This document shows, piece after piece, positions 59,115-64,000 of a DNA stretch of 64,000 nucleotides. The DNA lies in assembly GCA_934500705.1 (NCBI GenBank), contig CAKSTI010000001.1:157139-221138 (forward strand), written 5' to 3'. Under the pieces are notes generated by a model. That model was not told the DNA's origin, did not search any database, and saw only the letters and a program-made list of their open reading frames with translations. Source of the stretch: an uncultured Clostridia bacterium (GTDB lineage Bacteria; Bacillota; Clostridia; UMGS1810). Each line of letters starts with the position of its first letter. Position 1 is the stretch's first letter. A program made the position numbers and the translations under genes.

Positions 59115-60013
59115 TAATACACTCCCTCTCTGTATAATTTAATAAATTCAAAATACTGTTTTATAACTTTATAAATTTTGTCATTGTCATTTACCTTTAT
59201 ATAAATCCCGTCATCGGTTTCTTTGCCAAGGTAAAGCGTGTCTGTATTGCCGCCGAAGGACTCGATTGTTACGGTTGTGACAACAGAACCGTCTGCAAAT
59301 CCGCACTTCTCATCGTTTTGCAAATTTCCATCCAGCGTCATTTTAGAATACATTCCGCCAAAGTGCCTTGTTATGCCGGAACGGATTTTATCTATTGACA
59401 CTTCCTCGCTGTAACCGCCGCTTTTGACAATCCATTTGCTCTGACGGTTTACAAATTCGAGCGCAGGGCTTCCGCTGACCGTGATTTTGCTTATACTGCC
59501 GTAGTCTATACCATATACAAAACTGCTTTCGGCACTGTACTTTTCGCTTTTAAAGGCGTCGCCGGTTTCCGAATATACGGTGTAAATATTCTTGCCGTCC
59601 GAGAGATAATATTCTGTACCGGGTGGGGTTTTATCACCGAGAACAAACGTTTTTTGTCTGCCGTCCTTTTCGGTATACACTATTTTAAGCGAATTTTCGC
59701 CGATGCCGTAATCCACGGCATTTTCTCCGAGCGGACACACAAGGTTTCCCTTAAAGCGCAAGATTGAGCTAACCAGATTTTCTATGGCGGTGTCGTCTGT
59801 GTCATTACTGTTTTTGACCTTCCATTTTCCGTCATATTCAATGCCCCAATTACCGTTTTTGCAAATAAAGTCAACCTCACTGAGATTACCGTCTTTGTAA
59901 TCTGCAAGCGTTTTGCGCCCGTCGCCGCTCTCCCTTTTGGGGAGTGAAAGCAGTGCGCACACCGCCGCAAGCAAGAGAGCGGCAATAACAAAAACAATAC
60001 TCTTTTTCGTCAT
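59114..60013 (-). CDS. DUF4340-family protein (membrane-anchored accessory protein of GldG-type ABC systems)
   Basis: N-terminal TM IVFVIAALLLAAVCALL followed by a ~270 aa extracytoplasmic domain. ATGA overlap with the upstream gene. Confidence 0.65.
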   Translation of the reverse strand: MTKKSIVFVIAALLLAAVCALLSLPKRESGDGRKTLADYKDGNLSEVDFICKNGNWGIEYDGKWKVKNSNDTDDTAIENLVSSILRFKGNLVCPLGENAVDYGIGENSLKIVYTEKDGRQKTFVLGDKTPPGTEYYLSDGKNIYTVYSETGDAFKSEKYSAESSFVYGIDYGSISKITVSGSPALEFVNRQSKWIVKSGGYSEEVSIDKIRSGITRHFGGMYSKMTLDGNLQNDEKCGFADGSVVTTVTIESFGGNTDTLYLGKETDDGIYIKVNDNDKIYKVIKQYFEFIKLYREGVY

Positions 60014-62076
60014 CTGTTCCGTCTCCTTTTAAAGACAATAAATGCAAGCACAAAGACCGAAAGCGGCAACTGCACGCCGAACAAAGCGGTAAAGGCAATC
60101 TGTGTGCCTAAATTCAAGTTAAGACTGCGGCTCATTATGCTTTTGGGCGAAACGGAAACCGTGTCTTTGCTTCCCGTAAGATATTTTACACTGCTCACCA
60201 AAAATTCTCTGTTGGAATAATTGTCTGCCGACAGGACATCGCCCAATGCACTGTCCTTTGGTGCGGCAAACTGCGACGAACCGCACAGGAGCAATTTTGA
60301 CCCGTTTTGCTTTTCGGATATTGCGGCAAGCGTAAACACTCCGGTTGAGAGCTTTTCGCTCAGCGTATCCTGCCGTATTTCACGTGCGGCGGTCTTGACG
60401 TCCGACACGGCAAGACGTGTTACCTCGCAGTCGGTGTCATCTGACACCGTTACAGATGATGTCACGGGAAACAGCAGATTTCTGACTCCGGCAATACCCT
60501 CGGTTATCTTATGCGCCGTGGGGTATGCGACAAGATATGTTCTGTTACCTCTTATAACGTCGGAAACACTGTCCGTGGTAAGGACATCGTCCTGCACACG
60601 CATACCGTAGGAGGCGGTCAATGATTTAAAGTTCTTTGCGTCGTACCCCGGATTTAAAGCTATGAGCATTTTTCCGCCGTTTTCGAGATAGTCTTTTAAG
60701 TCGGTACATTCAGCATCGGATATATCTTTTGAGGGTGAAAATGCGATTATCAAATCCGCTTTTTCTGCCGCAAGTCCGACGTCCTTCTCATACAGATTTT
60801 GCATATTTTCGCTTTGCAGAACCTCGGCTGCCTTTTCGTACCCGTTTTCCCCGTGGGCGGTCAGCCACACGACATTTGTGCTCTTGTCGCCGAGAACATA
60901 GTCAACCGCCTGTGTAAGTTTGCTCTCCAAGCTGAAACCCAGCTCCCGTGAAACGTTGCCGTTGTTCTTTTTTATATGAAACGACGACTCCGGTTCAACG
61001 GTGGTAAAGCGTTTGCCGCTCTCCACAACAACGGTTCCCTTGGCTATGCTGCCGCCGTCGGTGCAATAGCGTGCGGCAAAGGACGGATTTTTTATTAAAT
61101 CAACTGTTTTGAGCGTTACTTTATCGGTCTGTCTTGCGTAGCGTTCCAGCACCTCTGTTACATAGGTATTTTCTTTGCCGGTTTCGGCGAGATAATACAT
61201 TGTGACGTTTCCGTCCATCTTTTTAAGATAATTAACGGTTTCGTCAGAGAGGGTGAACACGGCGTTTTTGGACATATCGAAAGTCATCGGGATCTTTGCG
61301 GACAGCTTTTCCGTACAGAAGTTAAAGAGGAAAAACGACAGCACAACACATATGCAGACAGTCGCTCTCTCCCGCTTTTTTACCCCGTCGGTTTCGATGC
61401 GCCGAATACGCAAAACGGTGAGTAGCGTAAACATCGCCGCCATACTCAAAAAGTACAAAATCGCCTGAACATCGAATATTCCTGCAAGGAATCTGTCATA
61501 GTGGCTCGGAAAGGCAATGACTTTTGCCCAGACTCCGCTTTGCAAATTTAATATCCAATCCGAAATATAAAGCGTAAAGCACACGCAAAACGATATGACA
61601 GCCGCCACAATTTGGTTTTCCGTAAGTGCCGAAACAAACATTCCCACAGAAATGAACACTGCTCCGACGAGCGCAAAGCCGACATAGGTTGCAAAGACTT
61701 CTCCAAACGTCTGTCCCCTCAGCGCCACCATTACAAAGGCGGTAAGGGAGTTAAGCGCAACCGCACAAAAGAAAACCAAAAGCGCCGCAATGTATTTTCC
61801 CAAAACGACTTTGTATTTTTTAAGCGGCGAACACAGATAAGTAACATCTGTTCCGCTGTGCCGCTCCCCGGCAAAAAGCCCCATCGTGAGCACGGGCGTC
61901 AGGAGAACGAAAAATATTACCGTGTTTTCAAGAATTGTTCCCACATCGGAATTTTTGCCGAAAACATTGTAGTTTACAAAGAAGTATCCCGTTACAAGCA
62001 AAAATACGCCGATAAATATGTATCCTCTGACGGTGCAAAAATACGATTTAAGCTCTTTTTCGATTATCGCTCTCAA
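60010..62076 (-). CDS. Fused ABC-2-type permease (GldF-like) + GldG-like extracytoplasmic domain with C-terminal TM anchor
   Basis: About 6 N-terminal TM helices, then a ~400 aa soluble domain, then a final TM IAFTALFGVQLPLSVFVLAFIVF followed by RRRNR. Confidence 0.7.
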   Translation of the reverse strand: MRAIIEKELKSYFCTVRGYIFIGVFLLVTGYFFVNYNVFGKNSDVGTILENTVIFFVLLTPVLTMGLFAGERHSGTDVTYLCSPLKKYKVVLGKYIAALLVFFCAVALNSLTAFVMVALRGQTFGEVFATYVGFALVGAVFISVGMFVSALTENQIVAAVISFCVCFTLYISDWILNLQSGVWAKVIAFPSHYDRFLAGIFDVQAILYFLSMAAMFTLLTVLRIRRIETDGVKKRERATVCICVVLSFFLFNFCTEKLSAKIPMTFDMSKNAVFTLSDETVNYLKKMDGNVTMYYLAETGKENTYVTEVLERYARQTDKVTLKTVDLIKNPSFAARYCTDGGSIAKGTVVVESGKRFTTVEPESSFHIKKNNGNVSRELGFSLESKLTQAVDYVLGDKSTNVVWLTAHGENGYEKAAEVLQSENMQNLYEKDVGLAAEKADLIIAFSPSKDISDAECTDLKDYLENGGKMLIALNPGYDAKNFKSLTASYGMRVQDDVLTTDSVSDVIRGNRTYLVAYPTAHKITEGIAGVRNLLFPVTSSVTVSDDTDCEVTRLAVSDVKTAAREIRQDTLSEKLSTGVFTLAAISEKQNGSKLLLCGSSQFAAPKDSALGDVLSADNYSNREFLVSSVKYLTGSKDTVSVSPKSIMSRSLNLNLGTQIAFTALFGVQLPLSVFVLAFIVFKRRRNR

Positions 62077-62088
62077 ACTCTCGCCCCC

Positions 62089-62982
62089 TCACCTTTTGCC
62101 TGTTAATCTGATAAACTCACCCTCCACGTCTGTACCGTACGGCTCAATGCCGACGATTGGCAGACGTTCCGACGCAAGGGCAAAAAATATTGCTTCAAGC
62201 GGATTATCCTCAGTTTCCACCAGGTATACGCTCCCTCTGCGCTCTGCCGTTATTACGCCTTTGCAGGACAGGAGCGTGCTTATTATCTTTTTTTCGCCGC
62301 CCGATATTTTATACGCATAGGTTTGTCTTTTTTGCGAAGTGTTGTCTAACTGTTTTACAATTCTGCCGCTGTCTATTATTATCACTCTGCCGCAGGCGTA
62401 GGAAATTTCGGAAAGTATATGCGAGCTTAAAAGCACCGCACAGTTCTTGCCGAACTTTTTAACAAGTTCCAGCGTTTGCCTTTTTTGGTGAGGGTCAAGT
62501 CCGACTGTCGGCTCGTCGAGCACAACGTAACGGGGACTTCCCAAAAACGCCTGAGCAAGACCTATCCTCTGGCGATAACCCTTTGACAGATTGCCTATAA
62601 CCCTGTCTTTAACCTCCGCAAGTCCGAATTTTTCCGTAATCTCCGCAACGTGTTCTCTGCGGCTTAGCGGCGGTTTTTTCATTTTAAAAATAATATTGAG
62701 GTACTCGGCAACCGTAAATTCATTATACAGCGGCGGACGCTCCGGCAGATAGCCGATGCTTCGCTTATACTCCTCCGGGTTTTGACTCAGCAGGCAGCCG
62801 TCCGCCGACACGTCGCCCGTATCCGGTGCAAGACAGCCGGTGAGCATATTCATTACAGTGGATTTGCCGGCACCGTTTGCACCGATAAAACCGACGACTT
62901 CGCCTTTTTCCATAGAAAAGGAAACATTATCGGCGGCTTTGATTTTTCCGTATGTCTTTGACAGCGATTTAACTTCAAGCAT
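62089..62982 (-). CDS. ABC transporter ATP-binding protein
   Basis: Walker A GANGAGKST. Signature LSKGYRQR. Walker B VVLDEPTVGLD. H-loop SSHIL. Confidence 0.9.
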   Translation of the reverse strand: MLEVKSLSKTYGKIKAADNVSFSMEKGEVVGFIGANGAGKSTVMNMLTGCLAPDTGDVSADGCLLSQNPEEYKRSIGYLPERPPLYNEFTVAEYLNIIFKMKKPPLSRREHVAEITEKFGLAEVKDRVIGNLSKGYRQRIGLAQAFLGSPRYVVLDEPTVGLDPHQKRQTLELVKKFGKNCAVLLSSHILSEISYACGRVIIIDSGRIVKQLDNTSQKRQTYAYKISGGEKKIISTLLSCKGVITAERRGSVYLVETEDNPLEAIFFALASERLPIVGIEPYGTDVEGEFIRLTGKR

Positions 62983-63000
62983 AATTCGGCTCCTTAAAAA

Positions 63001-64000
63001 TCACGGGTATATAACGGTTACAATGTACTTATTGTCCGAGAGTATATACACGTCGGACGCACCAGAGTAATCATTTTTATATCCGACGGCATCGTAAACT
63101 GTTCCAACACGGAATTTTTCCGTATTTTTGTCGTACACGTAGACCGTCTTTGCGGACGATGTTTTTATCGGTTCTATTTTAGTCCAGTCGCCTATATCCG
63201 AACTGCAATTTACATACATATAAGAGTCGGTAACGTCGTACACCTTTCCGACTGCTCCCCTGTTGCCGTTTGCAACAGAATTTGAGCCGAAGTAAATTCC
63301 CCACTGACCGCTTTGCAATTCTCCGCTTGTAGTGTTATGGCAAACCGGCTTTCCGTTTTCGTCAAATCCGCACAGAACGCCGTAGCTGTAACCCACACTG
63401 CCGTTTGCGGTTACGGCATCGTCTCTGAGCGTGACCCGTCCGCCTATGTCGGGTATCAGGTACACAATATCACCCGGTTTAAACGGCAATTTGCCGTTGA
63501 CTTTCCGCAAGTCCCTAACCTCAACGCTTGCCTCGATACCGTCCTGCAAACCTACCACAACGTAGATGTCCTCCCCGTCATCGGAAACGGCTTTTCTAAT
63601 CTCATTAATGGCAATGGGTCTGTTTTCACGACGGTCTACTGCCGGACGTTCCTCGCTTGACGTTATGAGCGCCGTATCGGCAACACCGGGACGGTTTGTG
63701 TAATTGTAAACCTTGATATTATAGGACTTATTGGTGTCCACCATTATTGTCGAGCCGGTAACGGTTATCTGTTCCTCGTCAAGCTCGCCCTCGGAATATG
63801 CCTTTATAAACACGGTCATTTTGTCGGATACGGAGGTGAAGTTATCCCCTACTGCAATTACCCAGCCGCCGGGGTAATATCTGCGTATTCCGTTTCCGCT
63901 GAGTATGAGCTGAAAATCCTTATTCATTTCATACTGCGGCATTCCGTCGGGCAATGCCGCCGGGAAATACACATCGGTAAGCTCTCCGCTTATGTTAAGC
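63001..64000 (-). CDS. Hypothetical protein, C-terminal ~330 aa visible (5' end beyond window), probably extracytoplasmic
   Basis: The frame stays open to the window edge; the track's M is a GTG and need not be the start. No recognised motif. First gene of the co-directional array in this window. Confidence 0.4.
   Translation of the reverse strand, partial: LNISGELTDVYFPAALPDGMPQYEMNKDFQLILSGNGIRRYYPGGWVIAVGDNFTSVSDKMTVFIKAYSEGELDEEQITVTGSTIMVDTNKSYNIKVYNYTNRPGVADTALITSSEERPAVDRRENRPIAINEIRKAVSDDGEDIYVVVGLQDGIEASVEVRDLRKVNGKLPFKPGDIVYLIPDIGGRVTLRDDAVTANGSVGYSYGVLCGFDENGKPVCHNTTSGELQSGQWGIYFGSNSVANGNRGAVGKVYDVTDSYMYVNCSSDIGDWTKIEPIKTSSAKTVYVYDKNTEKFRVGTVYDAVGYKNDYSGASDVYILSDNKYIVTVIYP

Noticed and set aside
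63001-63972. Treating 63001..63972 as a complete gene starting at the track's M
   Set aside because: That codon is GTG and the frame remains open to position 64000, so the gene most likely continues beyond the window.
1-64000. CRISPR arrays, transposases/integrases, phage or defence-system genes
   Set aside because: I looked for regularly spaced direct repeats, DDE/tyrosine-recombinase-like ORFs and nuclease/helicase/ATPase clusters and found none. The only ATPase is the transport ABC protein at 62089..62982.

Overview
This 64 kb window looks like chromosomal DNA from a Gram-positive, plant-polysaccharide-degrading anaerobe (Clostridia-like). The evidence is SLH-anchored surface proteins, Cu-amine-oxidase-N-type stalk domains, LplABC-type sugar ABC transporters, YesM/YesN-type regulators and Firmicutes-style RBSs. 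Nearly all genes are on the minus strand and form three carbohydrate-utilisation blocks.

- **Block 1 (1-17.7 kb).** A divergent membrane-bound AraC regulator controls an ABC sugar transporter followed by four large secreted/surface proteins: an SGNH esterase, two SLH proteins and a clan GH-A glycosidase. Three of these share an unnamed ~150 aa module.
- **tRNA-Ser(GGA) (17745-17836).** It has a textbook sigma-A promoter and a bidirectional terminator.
- **Two paralogous GLUG/beta-helix surface proteins (18-22.7 kb).** The smaller one is preceded by a ~300 nt promoter-to-terminator leader that looks like an unclassified riboswitch or attenuator.
- **Glycerol-3-phosphate-dehydrogenase-like trio (23-27.9 kb).** It comprises a GlpA-like FAD enzyme, an FAD/NAD oxidoreductase and a DUF1667 protein, with a HAD phosphatase and a divergent DeoR/GlpR regulator.
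- **Six-gene operon of unknown substrate (27.9-34 kb).** It is AraC-controlled and encodes two paralogous SIS proteins, a PfkB kinase, an atypical Gfo/Idh/MocA protein, a Gfo-C-domain-like protein and a TIM-barrel WDEP protein.
- **Co-directional array (34.7-64 kb), about 29 kb of annotated genes.**
  - Catalytic enzymes: GH2, a GH127-like protein, GH78 and two multi-CBM GH10 xylanases.
  - Regulators: a YesN/YesM two-component system.
  - Sugar ABC transporter.
  - CBM-only secreted proteins.
  - An uncharacterised ABC-2/GldG-like + DUF4340 + ATPase module that is translationally coupled (TAATG) to a GH10 xylanase.

No CRISPR array, transposase, integrase or recognisable defence genes were seen. 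The regulator genes are visibly more AT-rich than the enzyme genes.
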